Source: Methanothrix sp.
GTDB taxonomy: Archaea; Halobacteriota; Methanosarcinia; Methanotrichales; Methanotrichaceae
Assembly (NCBI GenBank): GCA_963682135.1
Contig: OY821645.1
Coordinates: 2,656,001 to 2,720,000 of the forward strand
Direction of reading: 5' to 3'
DNA length: 64,000 nucleotides
Part shown: positions 1 to 10,175 of the stretch, one piece after another
Layout: each line of letters opens with the position of its first letter
Numbering within the stretch: the first letter of the stretch is position 1
The notes under the pieces: model-generated
The model's input: only the letters and a program-made list of their open reading frames with translations
Database searches by the model: none
Told to the model about the DNA's origin: nothing
Made by a program: the position numbers and the translations under genes

Positions 1-633
1 GCAGGGCAGATCATAAAAAAGTTGGATCAGGTTTTTGAGAGCAAAGAGATCGGATCGTTTCTGGACAGCTCTCTTCTGAGAAGAGCTAACAGAATGCTAA
101 ATGACTATACAGTCACCTATCGTGGGTTTAAGCCTACTTATTATGCAGACGATGTGGACCTAAATGCAATTATAAAAGCGGTCCTGGATTTTTCACTATC
201 TCGGCCTTATGAGGATGATGCTATCTTATGTGCAGGTTCATATGAAGACTACCTCCGGGCTCTCAGGGCGAGGATAGCTTATGTCAATTTGCTGGAGAGA
301 CTGACTCTGAAGTTCAAAGCTGACAAAAACTTGCCCTTAGTGCGCATGGATAAAGAGCGTTTCCGTGACGCTTTGATCGACTTATTGGAGCGGCTTGCAA
401 GTGCTGTAGCAACAGAGATACAAATAATTACTTCCAGCAATCTGGGCTGGGTCTCTGTATGTATAGCTGTCCCGAGAACTGATAGAGATTATCCTCTGGA
501 TGAACAAACCTGGAGATTCTTCGAAAGATCATTTGCCCTTTGTGGCGGGGTTATTCAGAGATATAAGACCTGCGAGGGCTCTGCAATGCAGATTGAATTC
601 TTGCCATGTGAGTCATTTCTCCTTATGTGCTGA
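1..633 (+). CDS. 3' part of a hypothetical protein (runs off the window start); C-terminus loosely resembles a degenerate HATPase_c domain
   Basis: Frame is open from base 1. LPLVRMDKERFRDALIDLL resembles the lead-in to a kinase N-box but lacks the Asn and G boxes. Confidence 0.5.
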   Translation, partial: AGQIIKKLDQVFESKEIGSFLDSSLLRRANRMLNDYTVTYRGFKPTYYADDVDLNAIIKAVLDFSLSRPYEDDAILCAGSYEDYLRALRARIAYVNLLERLTLKFKADKNLPLVRMDKERFRDALIDLLERLASAVATEIQIITSSNLGWVSVCIAVPRTDRDYPLDEQTWRFFERSFALCGGVIQRYKTCEGSAMQIEFLPCESFLLMC

Positions 634-700
634 GCCAGGACACACACCAAAAGGTTATTACCAATGAACGAGTAATAGTAACGTATAAAGGTGATGATTT

Positions 701-1711
701 TTGAAAACTATTACTCCAATTATTCTCATCGCTATGCTCGTCGTGGTTGTGCTTTTTTCCCTTGGATGCATTTCGTCTCCAGAGAATAAGACGGAAATGG
801 TCACCATTCTTCGCATAGGTTACCAGCCGACAACTCATCATGTGGCAGAAATGATCGCGCAGGTGAAGGGTTGGTGGCAGAAAGATCTATTGCCGTTTGG
901 GATCACAAATGTAAAGGAATTTGGATATCCATCTGGCGGTTCTGAGCTTGAGGCTATGAAGGCCGGAGACATAGACATGGCCTATATCTGTACTGCACCA
1001 TTTATTCGTCCTGTTTCCACAGGTCTGGATGCGAAAATTGTGGTTGCTGTAAATACCAATGGCTCAACCCTCATATTGAGGCCCGATTTTAATTATGATG
1101 GGCCCCAATCTCTACGAGGATCACATATCGGGACCTTCCCGGCAGGCACGGCCCAGGATACTCTGCTGAAGGTATGGCTGGAAAATAATGGGGTAGGCAC
1201 CTCTGAGGTCAATATCACATACATGGGGCCGGGCGATGCTGTAAGCGCCATGCTTGCCGGAAAAGTAGATGGGGTATTCCTCCCGGAACCAGGTCCTGCT
1301 ATGATTGAGTTGGAGAAAAAGGGCAAGTCCCGGGTGTACTCAGGCGAGATGAAACCCAATCATGCATGTTGTGCCATAATCGTCAGCGGCAAGCTGATTA
1401 GAGAGGAACCGGAGCTGGTAGAACAGATAATTCGTACCCATATGAACGCCACGGATTATGCCAATGCCCATCCCATGGAAGCTGCAGAGATTTACTCTAA
1501 TCGCACGGGACAGGATCTGGAGATGATCAAATACTCCATAAAAACCTGGGATGGTAAATGGATGAGTGACCCGCATCTACTTGTCAACGACACACTGGAA
1601 TATGCAAAAGCCCAATATGCGATGAATTATATACAGAAGATGATGGGCCAAAGTGACCTATTCGATAACAGCCTCTACGATAGTGTGATGCAATCCGAGA
1701 GAAGGGCATAG
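701..1711 (+). CDS. ABC transporter substrate-binding lipoprotein, NitT/TauT/SsuA family
   Basis: Signal peptide with lipobox SLGC; LRIGYQPTTHH, AMKAGDIDMAY, GKVDGVFLPEP and HACC motifs. Confidence 0.85.
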   Translation: MKTITPIILIAMLVVVVLFSLGCISSPENKTEMVTILRIGYQPTTHHVAEMIAQVKGWWQKDLLPFGITNVKEFGYPSGGSELEAMKAGDIDMAYICTAPFIRPVSTGLDAKIVVAVNTNGSTLILRPDFNYDGPQSLRGSHIGTFPAGTAQDTLLKVWLENNGVGTSEVNITYMGPGDAVSAMLAGKVDGVFLPEPGPAMIELEKKGKSRVYSGEMKPNHACCAIIVSGKLIREEPELVEQIIRTHMNATDYANAHPMEAAEIYSNRTGQDLEMIKYSIKTWDGKWMSDPHLLVNDTLEYAKAQYAMNYIQKMMGQSDLFDNSLYDSVMQSERRA

Positions 1712-1897
1712 ATCCACAATTTCACTCGCAAAATGTTGCGAAGATTCGAGGCAGCAGCAAATATCTGCGATGAGAGCCGCAAAAATATCTTGCTGTCTCC
1801 TTATTTGCTTCTTTTTGAATAAATTACAAAATACGAATGAAAAATAGAATAATATTTATTCAGATTGCAGTCGATTCTAATTCATGTCTTCTGAGAG

Positions 1898-2338
1898 CTA
1901 CGGATGGAGATTCTGCTTGCCTTTGGAGTGTGTCCCTTCGTGTGCATGGAATTTCTTGGTCGGATCAGTACCTGTTGCCGGGTCCACTTCCATCTTGGTA
2001 TTAATTGTTTCGATGATATTTTTTGCATAGGGACAGATATACTCGCCTGCGTTGTTCTTTCTCGTAATGCAAATGCCTATGAACACATGGGTCGGTAGGT
2101 CTCCCATGGGTGGTTGATTCCAAAATTTGAATTCATTAAGCCTTGGTACCATAGCGATGCCAGGGCAACCTCCGCAATCAAGCAATCCGACGAGTTCGGC
2201 ATTCGGGCCTAGACCCGCAAACTCATCACTTCTGTCATTGAATGCTTTTAAACAACGACTGCATGCTACGCATTTATCTATCATGTCGATTTTGCATCCA
2301 ACAATGAGAACTTTCTCCTTGCTTGTTCCTTTGTCCAT
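1898..2338 (-). CDS. CGGC domain-containing putative metal-binding protein
   Basis: IVGC..CVAC..C, DCGGCPG, CP and GTH motifs; SD-like GGAG upstream. Confidence 0.85.
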   Translation of the reverse strand: MDKGTSKEKVLIVGCKIDMIDKCVACSRCLKAFNDRSDEFAGLGPNAELVGLLDCGGCPGIAMVPRLNEFKFWNQPPMGDLPTHVFIGICITRKNNAGEYICPYAKNIIETINTKMEVDPATGTDPTKKFHAHEGTHSKGKQNLHP

Positions 2339-2540
2339 AATCTCACTCCAATTTTTTTTTGAAACATAATACTACTATTCTAACTATTTAAATGTTATGT
2401 TTCAAATTTTTTTAGAATGTTTTGGCATGGCCGAAAGGAATGCGGCCAATGTGGAATAAGATAATGGAATATCGCTATGAAGCTTAAGAAAATGCATTCA
2501 TTGGAAAGTCAGTCTCTATATAAGTCCAACATTCGGGACC

Positions 2541-2867
2541 CTACAGGTATATGTTTTCAGGAATATATCCACAATATCTATGCCACTTATACCAATATTC
2601 AGGATTTATATTTTTAAAATTATTGATATATGAATATCTTGGTGGCATATAGCGCCACAAGTCAAATATCCGGTATTCAGAGCTCCAATAGTTATCGTAG
2701 GTTCCCTGATTGGGATCGAAACAGGAACCCAAAACAATAGCACCTGTTTCATGAGGATTCAGGTTGCCGATAAGGCCATGGCCGATACGAATCGGCCCAG
2801 GATTTGCGACACCTTGCCCGATCAGCAGAACAAGGCAGAAGCATATGGCTGCAATATATCTTTTCAT
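2541..2867 (-). CDS. Small secreted hypothetical protein
   Basis: MKRY followed by a hydrophobic signal peptide; GAGGA upstream; aromatic-rich. Confidence 0.6.
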   Translation of the reverse strand: MKRYIAAICFCLVLLIGQGVANPGPIRIGHGLIGNLNPHETGAIVLGSCFDPNQGTYDNYWSSEYRIFDLWRYMPPRYSYINNFKNINPEYWYKWHRYCGYIPENIYL

Positions 2868-2996
2868 TGCGTATCCTCTTAGAATTTTGGGTATTTTGAA
2901 TCTACGGGAATAAATAACTTAGTCTTAACCTGGGTATATGTATCTACTATAGATTTTACTTCTTTATTGCACAGGCAGAAGGAAATGGTCAAGCAT

Positions 2997-3443
2997 TCAT
3001 CTCTCCTCCAGCCCTTCCACCAGCACCTCCCCTTCTTCCGTCACAAAGATTCTGGCATCTTTTTCCAGCGCCCTTTTCTTAAAGAGCCGGGGAGCTTTTC
3101 GTCGCAGTTGCACCACGATATCCAGAGATGTGATGGGCAGACGCATATGTTTTTCGTCCGCTGCGGCAAATATCATCTTGGGCAGCTCGAAGACATCCGT
3201 TCCCTCCTTCGCCTGCAAGGATATGGGAGCGCGCAGCATCATCCATTGCTGCAATGTTCGCTCCGCTCGGGCGATGTTCTGATGGGCTCTCTTCTCCAGT
3301 ATGCTGATGTTGGAGCGAGTGGTGCCCAAGCTGTCGGCTACCTCCTGTTGGGACTGGCCGGAAAGCCGCATCTGCAGCACCATGATCTGTCTTTTTGTAA
3401 GAAACGAATCCAGGGATTCTTCGTCAATTGATTCGGGCATCAT
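2997..3443 (-). CDS. tfx: Tfx family DNA-binding protein
   Basis: FLTKRQIMVLQMRLSGQSQQEVADSLGTTRSNISILEKRAHQNI HTH typical of Tfx. Confidence 0.9.
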   Translation of the reverse strand: MMPESIDEESLDSFLTKRQIMVLQMRLSGQSQQEVADSLGTTRSNISILEKRAHQNIARAERTLQQWMMLRAPISLQAKEGTDVFELPKMIFAAADEKHMRLPITSLDIVVQLRRKAPRLFKKRALEKDARIFVTEEGEVLVEGLEER

Positions 3444-3512
3444 TTAGTCGCAAGGTAAAAATGGTCTTACAAGATGATAAAAGCATCCTTCCGGCAGTCA
3501 CCATTCTACCTG

Positions 3513-4211
3513 TCACCAGGGCATGGTTATCTCTTCGCTTCTGCCCAGAGCCGCCAGCCTGCCGGCTTGTAGCAAGGCTACCCTGTCGGCCAGCTTGCGA
3601 CATTGCTCCATGTTATGGGTAGCTATAATTACCGCCGTCCTGCTCCCGGCCAGACTGTGCAAGAGGCTGTCGATGGATGCGGCGCTCCTGGGGTCCAGAT
3701 TGGCGGTCGGCTCGTCGAGCAGGAGAAGCTCCGGCTGGAGGATTAGAGCTCTGGCCAGGGCAATTCTCTGCATCTCACCTCCTGATAGGGTATTGGCATC
3801 GCGTCTCTCATGGCCCGACAATCCGACCATTGCCAGAGCTTCTTTTACCCTGGCACTCATACTTATTTTTCCATCTCTTCCTTGACTGCCTCGCATCCTC
3901 AAGCCGTAGGAGACATTCTCCTCCACGCCGGCCTTGAACATAACCGGCTTTTGAAAGACCATGGCCATCTTGCGCCGTACGGCAAGGCCCTCTTTCTCCG
4001 GCCTTCCCGAGACTTCTTTGCCGTCAAAGAGGATGCAACCCGCGGAGGGTTCATCGAGGAGATTAATAAGGCGCAGCAGTGTCGTTTTTCCCGAACCGGT
4101 GGGGCCGATCAGTCCCAGGATCTCGCCCCGCTCCACTGTCAGGTTGATTTCGTGGAGAATCTCTGTTGAGCCGATGCTTTTACTTAGAGAGCGTACCTCC
4201 AGGAAAGCCAT
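3513..4211 (-). CDS. tupC: Tungstate ABC transporter ATP-binding protein
   Basis: Walker A GPTGSGKT, LSGGE, LLLDEP; in operon with tupAB. Confidence 0.85.
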   Translation of the reverse strand: MAFLEVRSLSKSIGSTEILHEINLTVERGEILGLIGPTGSGKTTLLRLINLLDEPSAGCILFDGKEVSGRPEKEGLAVRRKMAMVFQKPVMFKAGVEENVSYGLRMRGSQGRDGKISMSARVKEALAMVGLSGHERRDANTLSGGEMQRIALARALILQPELLLLDEPTANLDPRSAASIDSLLHSLAGSRTAVIIATHNMEQCRKLADRVALLQAGRLAALGRSEEITMPW

Positions 4212-4213
4212 TC

Positions 4214-4900
4214 TTATTTCCCCTGAAATCTATTGAGCAAGAGGTTGATCGCCAGAGAGATGGATATGAGGATAATTCCCAGAGCCATGGAAAGCTCCAG
4301 ATTGCCCATAGAGGTCTCTAAGGCTATGGAAGTGGTTAGAACACGAGTATAGCCCCGGATATTCCCGCCGATCATCATAGCCACGCCTACTTCGGAGAGT
4401 GCCCGGCCAAATCCCAGGAGCACTGCCGCAATAACCGCCACTCGTGCTTCTTTTATAACAGTTATTATTATCTGTATCTCCGTCGCGCCTAGCGATTTAG
4501 CTGTATCCCTGATCTGGGGACCGACGCCCGCCAGCGCAGTGATGGTCAGCCCAATCATGATGGGGCAGACGAGAATGGCCTGGCCGAGAATCATGCCGCT
4601 CGGGCTGAAAAGCAGATTGAGAGAACCTAATGGCCCCGAGCGGGAGATTAGCAAAAAGACCAGCAGGCCAACGGTCACCGTCGGCAGGCTGTAGAAAGTC
4701 TGAATTAGATTTATCAGCGCTCTTTTGCCCCAAAACGCTCGAAACTGGATGATGCCGCCCAGAGGAATGCAGATGATACCTGCCAGGGCGGCGGAAGAGA
4801 GCGAGATAAATATGGACCTTATGGTGATCTCGACCACCTGGGGGTCTCTCGCTGCAATTAATTCAAGGGCCTGCAAGAGGCCTCTGTAGATCTCTTCCAA
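4214..4900 (-). CDS. tupB: Tungstate ABC transporter permease
   Basis: Hydrophobic; FGRALSEVGVAMMIGGNI..TRVLTT TupB signature. Confidence 0.9.
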   Translation of the reverse strand: MEEIYRGLLQALELIAARDPQVVEITIRSIFISLSSAALAGIICIPLGGIIQFRAFWGKRALINLIQTFYSLPTVTVGLLVFLLISRSGPLGSLNLLFSPSGMILGQAILVCPIMIGLTITALAGVGPQIRDTAKSLGATEIQIIITVIKEARVAVIAAVLLGFGRALSEVGVAMMIGGNIRGYTRVLTTSIALETSMGNLELSMALGIILISISLAINLLLNRFQGK

Positions 4901-4917
4901 CCCTCTTCACCCTAGCT

Positions 4918-5838
4918 TTATGCAGCAGCGCAGGAGGCGCTGGTGGGAACAGCGCACTCAGCGGCTGCGCAGCCGATCAGATCGCAGTTTCCTCTGGCCG
5001 CCGAGAAGAGTGGCTTGCCGAATTTCTCTGTGCCATAGGATGCAATCAGGTCCTGCCCTTCATCTGAGACCAGATAGTTGATGAATTCATTGGCCAACTC
5101 ACAGTTTACTCCCGAATGTTTCTTGGGATTTACGGCCATGGCCACATAGACATTGAGCAGGTCGCTTCCGCCTTCAATTAATGGGACCAGCGTCAAATTT
5201 CCCTGATATGCCATGAAAGTGGACATATCCGAGAGCGTGTAGGCCTGTTTTTCATTGGCCATATTTAGGGTTGCGCCCATACCCTGTCCGGCCTCAATGT
5301 ACCAGGGACCGGAAGAGTTTACGGCAGAGTAATTGTAGCCGGCCTTCTTCCAGAGCAGCTTCTCGCGAGCATGGGTGCCGGAGTTGTCGCCCCGAGAGAC
5401 AAACATTACCTTGGAGGGGTCGGCTAAGCCTTTCTCCTTGATGACGGCAAGAGCCTCAGAAGCGTTGATTCCCTTGATACCTGCCGGATCATCCTTCGGT
5501 CCGACCAGGAAGAAGTAGTTGTAGGCAATGCATCTTCTCTCCAGGCCCTGTTCGTCCTTGATAAATTTCAGTTCTCGTTCCTTGTCATGGACGATAAGGA
5601 CATCCACGTCGCCTCTCTCTCCATACTGGATGGCAATGCCGGTTCCGCCGGAGACCACGTCCAATGAAACATTATACTTCTCATCAAACTTGTCCTTGAT
5701 CACATCCAAGAGACCGGTATCCTGCAGGCTGGTAGTAGTAGCCAGCCTCAGCCTCTCTCCTTCGGCTGCCCCGATAGCGCTGCATAAAACGGATAGCGCC
5801 ATCAGCACAAGAGTCATTCTTAATAACTTTTCATCCAT
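4918..5838 (-). CDS. tupA: Tungstate ABC transporter substrate-binding protein
   Basis: ATTTS motif, SRGDNSGTH, GQGMG, signal peptide. Confidence 0.9.
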   Translation of the reverse strand: MDEKLLRMTLVLMALSVLCSAIGAAEGERLRLATTTSLQDTGLLDVIKDKFDEKYNVSLDVVSGGTGIAIQYGERGDVDVLIVHDKERELKFIKDEQGLERRCIAYNYFFLVGPKDDPAGIKGINASEALAVIKEKGLADPSKVMFVSRGDNSGTHAREKLLWKKAGYNYSAVNSSGPWYIEAGQGMGATLNMANEKQAYTLSDMSTFMAYQGNLTLVPLIEGGSDLLNVYVAMAVNPKKHSGVNCELANEFINYLVSDEGQDLIASYGTEKFGKPLFSAARGNCDLIGCAAAECAVPTSASCAAA

Positions 5839-5973
5839 TTCAATCCCTGATGAAAGGCATGTTGCTTACAATAAATAGGTTATGTCAGCTAATTGACTCA
5901 CGGGTCCAATGCAAGAGTGCGGCAAGGCCCAGGAAAATCTATATCATACAAAACTGCAAAAAAACATGAACTG

Positions 5974-6948
5974 ATGCCAAGAGACTTGTTAACGTTGAAA
6001 GAGAAATCGATTCTCATCACCGGCGGTGCCGGCTTCATCGGCAGCCATCTTCTAGAGGCTCTGCTGGCGGAAAATAGGATAACCGTTCTCGACAACTTCA
6101 GCTCGGGAAAGCGTGAGTTTCTTGCCTTGCACCACAATAATCCCAATTTCCGTCTTATTGAAGCCGACCTGCTTCGCCCCGGTGCTCTGGAAAAGGCCCT
6201 GAACGGAGTGGATCTGGTCTTTCACCTGGCTGCCAATCCGGATGTGAAGCTGGGCGCAGAAAACACCACTGTGCACCTGGAGCAAAATGTGCTGGCCACC
6301 TGCAACCTTCTAGAGGCCATGAGAAAGAGCGGCGTCAAAAGGATAGCCTTTACCTCCACCTCCACAGTTTACGGCGAAGCGACAGAGGTGCCCACACCAG
6401 AAGACTACGGACCGCTTCTGCCTATATCACTCTACGGTGCCTCAAAGCTTTCCTGCGAGGCGCTCATCTCCTCCTACTGCCATACCTTCGATATGCAGTC
6501 CTGGATCTATCGCTTTGCCAATATTGTGGGAGAACGAGGCACGCACGGCGTGCTGGTGGATTTCATCAGAAAGCTGCAGGAAAATCCACGAGAGCTGGAG
6601 ATCCTGGGGTCAGGCAAGCAGAAGAAGTCCTACCTGGAGGTCAGAGACTGCGTGCAGGCCATGCGTCGCTGCGTAGAGCACTCAAACGAGCAGGTCAATG
6701 TCTTCAACGTCGGCACCGAGGACGCGGTGGATGTAACGGAGATTGCAGATATCGTGGCCGGGCAGATGGGCCTCAGAGATGTTTTATATCGCTACACGGG
6801 CGGCGTGGATGGCCGGGGCTGGAAGGGTGATGTCAAGGTTATGCAGCTCTCCATTGAGAAGATCAAGAGACTGGGCTGGTCGCCCCAGGGCGGCTCTGCC
6901 CAGGCTGTCGAAATGGCGGTGAAGGCGTTGCTGAAAAGCATTGAGTGA
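5974..6948 (+). CDS. NAD-dependent epimerase/dehydratase (UDP-glucose 4-epimerase-like extended SDR)
   Basis: TGGAGFIG, HLAA, YGASK; start codon uncertain. Confidence 0.9.
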   Translation: MPRDLLTLKEKSILITGGAGFIGSHLLEALLAENRITVLDNFSSGKREFLALHHNNPNFRLIEADLLRPGALEKALNGVDLVFHLAANPDVKLGAENTTVHLEQNVLATCNLLEAMRKSGVKRIAFTSTSTVYGEATEVPTPEDYGPLLPISLYGASKLSCEALISSYCHTFDMQSWIYRFANIVGERGTHGVLVDFIRKLQENPRELEILGSGKQKKSYLEVRDCVQAMRRCVEHSNEQVNVFNVGTEDAVDVTEIADIVAGQMGLRDVLYRYTGGVDGRGWKGDVKVMQLSIEKIKRLGWSPQGGSAQAVEMAVKALLKSIE

Positions 6949-6993
6949 TAACTAATGGAAAAAGGTAAGAGACAAAAATAGTGAGAATGCCCC

Positions 6994-8046
6994 TTACCTT
7001 ATGTTGCTCACCGCCCATTTCGTCTTTTTCCACCAGTCGCCTTCCAGCAGTGTGGCATTGTAGCCCATGAGCCTCAGGCTGTAGAATAGAGAGTAGGCTT
7101 GCGGTGTGCCGTAGACGATGGCCGTCCCTGACTTCTCCAGGCGACGGTCGAAGAGATCTTCCAGCGTGCCGGCATCTTTGACTCGGGAATTTTCATAGAG
7201 CTTATCCTGACTAAGGCAGATCGACTCATTGCCCAGCCTGCTCTGGCCGTATTCGAAAAAGTCCCGTGCATCCAAGACCCGGGCATCAGATAGCTGTAGC
7301 ATGCTCTCCAGGTTGTCGGCGGTCACCAGAAGCCAGGGCTCGATGCGAGCGGTGTAGTTGGATGGCGGGGGAGAGGGCGCATTCATGGTGAAGGCGAGGC
7401 CCGCAGCCTGGGCTGCATCTGCGCCGCCGTCCACCAGGCTCACATTCTCATGCCCCAGGTAATTCAGAGCCCAGAAGACGAAATAAGCACCTTCGCCGGA
7501 GTCTCCGTAGATGAGCAGCCGGTCATTCTCGTTTACTCCGGCCCGCTCCAGCGCACCCTTGGCGAGAGCCGGATCAAGAACTCCGTTTTTCTGCATATCC
7601 TTCCAATACAGGCTTCTCGCCTGGGGAATATGCCCGGAGAGATAATCAGCTTCTGGCCTTACATCCAGAATAACCTGATCGCTTGCAACTTGATCGCTCT
7701 TGATTGATGAGGGGCTGGTGATGAGATCGGGCTGAGCATAGCTCTTCTGGGGAGGATCGGCCTTCGCATTGGCTGCGGTATTGCTTGTCTGCCCGTTTAT
7801 CTGGACAGCCGTCTGGCTGCCGCCCTGCTGGCTGCTCATTTGGGCCCGCTCATAGGCATCCTTTTTGGCCAGCCAGCCATCCAGATCGGTCCAATCCGGA
7901 CAGGTAGGACAGAACTCGCCGGTCTCTGTGCCGGCCATAGCCGATATTACCAGAAAGTTTTGGAAAAAGACGGCCAGCAGGGAGAATATCAATGCTGCGC
8001 TGCTTGCCTTTCTCAGTTGATTAAATCGGGATAAACTGCCGCCCAT
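6994..8046 (-). CDS. Secreted tandem rhodanese-domain protein
   Basis: ILDVR..Y.SGHIP.A, LDAR; N-terminal hydrophobic segment; start uncertain. Confidence 0.8.
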   Translation of the reverse strand: MGGSLSRFNQLRKASSAALIFSLLAVFFQNFLVISAMAGTETGEFCPTCPDWTDLDGWLAKKDAYERAQMSSQQGGSQTAVQINGQTSNTAANAKADPPQKSYAQPDLITSPSSIKSDQVASDQVILDVRPEADYLSGHIPQARSLYWKDMQKNGVLDPALAKGALERAGVNENDRLLIYGDSGEGAYFVFWALNYLGHENVSLVDGGADAAQAAGLAFTMNAPSPPPSNYTARIEPWLLVTADNLESMLQLSDARVLDARDFFEYGQSRLGNESICLSQDKLYENSRVKDAGTLEDLFDRRLEKSGTAIVYGTPQAYSLFYSLRLMGYNATLLEGDWWKKTKWAVSNIR

Positions 8047-8232
8047 AATTGAATTCACTCTCAGGATAGGGCACCTTGCCACTATTTCAGGCTTGCTGAG
8101 GAAGGCAAGCTATAAATACACCCACCATGTACATCATAGCATCAAAAAGTACTTTGATGTACTATACAATACATTGAAACTCAAGTGGGAAAGTCATACT
8201 CAAAACATACAGAAAAACGGAGATGGACAATT

Positions 8233-9090
8233 TTGAGAGGATCATCAATTCGCATGGAGAGGATATTCAATCGCAAGACAGGAAACGCAGTTATAATTCC
8301 CATGGACCACGGGGTGACCGTCGGTCCCATCAAGGGCATTAGAAGCGTCAAGGCCATCGCCGATGCCGTGGCCTCCGGCGGTGCGGACGCCGCCATAGTT
8401 CACAAAGGCGCAGCCGTATTCGGCCATCGCGGCTACGGCCGGGATTTGGGACTGATCATCCATATGTCCGCTTCCACGGCTCTGGGGCCCGACCCCAACA
8501 ACAAAGTGCTGGTGGCAACGGTTGAAGAGGCACTCAAGATCGGCGCAGACGGCGTAAGCATCCATGTCAATATCGGTGCAAAAGACGAGAGCCACATGCT
8601 CTCAACACTTGGCGAGGTATCCAGGAACTGTCAAGAATGGGGCATGCCGCTCCTGGCCATGATGTATCCGCGGGGAAAAAAGATCAAAGACGAATACTCA
8701 GAGGAGTACATCGCTCATGCAGCAAGGGTAGGAGCAGAACTTGGCGCGGATATTATCAAGACCAACTACACCGGAGACCAGGACAGCTTCGCTCGCGTGG
8801 TTGAATGCTGCCCCGTTCCGGTGGTCATTGCTGGCGGACCGAGGGTGGAGTCGGAGCTGGACTTGCTCAAAATGGTCGAAGGAGCAATAGCGGCTGGAGC
8901 GCGGGGTGTGGCCATCGGCAGGAACGTCTTCCAGCACGATAGTCCCGCTCTCATCACCCGCCGCATCTGCGGGGTGGTGCACGAGGGCCTTCATGCAAAC
9001 GAGGCTGCGCAAATCGCAGCGGCAGACTTAAAAGCAGTTGGGAGGTGCGCCCACGCCGGCAGGCTGGAAAATATTGCCTACAGACAATGA
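8233..9090 (+). CDS. 2-amino-3,7-dideoxy-D-threo-hept-6-ulosonate synthase (class I aldolase, archaeal AroA')
   Basis: [32 protein letters not shown]; start uncertain. Confidence 0.85.
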   Translation: MRGSSIRMERIFNRKTGNAVIIPMDHGVTVGPIKGIRSVKAIADAVASGGADAAIVHKGAAVFGHRGYGRDLGLIIHMSASTALGPDPNNKVLVATVEEALKIGADGVSIHVNIGAKDESHMLSTLGEVSRNCQEWGMPLLAMMYPRGKKIKDEYSEEYIAHAARVGAELGADIIKTNYTGDQDSFARVVECCPVPVVIAGGPRVESELDLLKMVEGAIAAGARGVAIGRNVFQHDSPALITRRICGVVHEGLHANEAAQIAAADLKAVGRCAHAGRLENIAYRQ

Positions 9091-9150
9091 AATTTATGCC
9101 TTGTGTCTTCAGGCCAGCAGAGATAAAAAGGTACAGTTGCTCTATCTGGA

Positions 9151-10125
9151 TTGATGAAAGCCGCAAGGATCCTCTGCCGATTTATCCTTCTTCTCTTTCT
9201 GCTCCTTCTTTTTCTGCCGACCGGCTTTTCCAGTGGGGTAAGGACCGGCGCAGACGAGGGCCCTCGTCTGCAAATCTCATCGATCCGCGGCAATCTGGAG
9301 GATGGCCAGCCATCCAGCATTTTCGTTGTGCTGCAAAACAATGCTTCGCCCCCCAAAGATGCGGTTGAGCCTGGGTTCAATAAAGAGAGTGCCCGCAATA
9401 TTGTAGCCGAGCTTAAAAGCTCCGATGACAGAATCAGGATCTTCTCAGAGCAGCAGAATGCCGGCCTTCTGGCCGCCGGGGAGAATGTGACTGTGCAGTT
9501 CATGGCCCTGACTGAGGGTGCACCTTTGGGAATTTATCCTCTAAAATTATCTCTCAACTACTCCCGATTAATCCAGGTGACAGACTCGGGGGAGAAGAGC
9601 ATTCCCAATTTTGTCTTTGCTTATGAAAGAGCTTCACAAGAGTTGCCCTTGCAGGCGAAGCTGGTGGCGGGGCCGAAGATCGAGCTGGAAGAATCGGAGA
9701 GCGAGACGCTTCCGGGAATTGAATCGAGCTTGGAAATCTTTTTGGTCAACCGGGGCGACGAGCCTGCACGGGATATTCAGATGCTGGCCCGCCCCATCTC
9801 CCCGTTTCTCATGGTTGAAAACGGCCAGGAGAAAGCAAGCCTTGATCCGGGCGAGAGCGCTCAGTTGAGGCTGTCGGTATTCACGGACGGAAATGCAACC
9901 TCAGGTTACTATGCTTTGCCCTGCCGGATATCCTACCGAGACGCGCAGGATGCACAGACAAGGAACCAGGATCTCGCCTTACTGATTTACGTAGGCCAGG
10001 AATCGTCTTTTCCATGGCTGTACCTGGGGGCTGCGGGATTGATTCTGTTCCTTTTAGCCGGCGGCCTTTTTGGCCTGAGACGGTTCTTGAGCGGCCAAAG
10101 AAGAATCCGAATTGTCAAGAGTTGA
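9151..10125 (+). CDS. S-layer-like (COG1361-type) protein with C-terminal membrane anchor
   Basis: Signal peptide, two Ig-like segments (GIYPL.L, N.G.EPA, GYY.LP), C-terminal TM and basic tail. Confidence 0.7.
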   Translation: MMKAARILCRFILLLFLLLLFLPTGFSSGVRTGADEGPRLQISSIRGNLEDGQPSSIFVVLQNNASPPKDAVEPGFNKESARNIVAELKSSDDRIRIFSEQQNAGLLAAGENVTVQFMALTEGAPLGIYPLKLSLNYSRLIQVTDSGEKSIPNFVFAYERASQELPLQAKLVAGPKIELEESESETLPGIESSLEIFLVNRGDEPARDIQMLARPISPFLMVENGQEKASLDPGESAQLRLSVFTDGNATSGYYALPCRISYRDAQDAQTRNQDLALLIYVGQESSFPWLYLGAAGLILFLLAGGLFGLRRFLSGQRRIRIVKS

Positions 10126-10175
10126 ATGGTCTCGAAAGAATCAAATCCTTGTAGATCTTAAGCCGTCCAGAAGGA

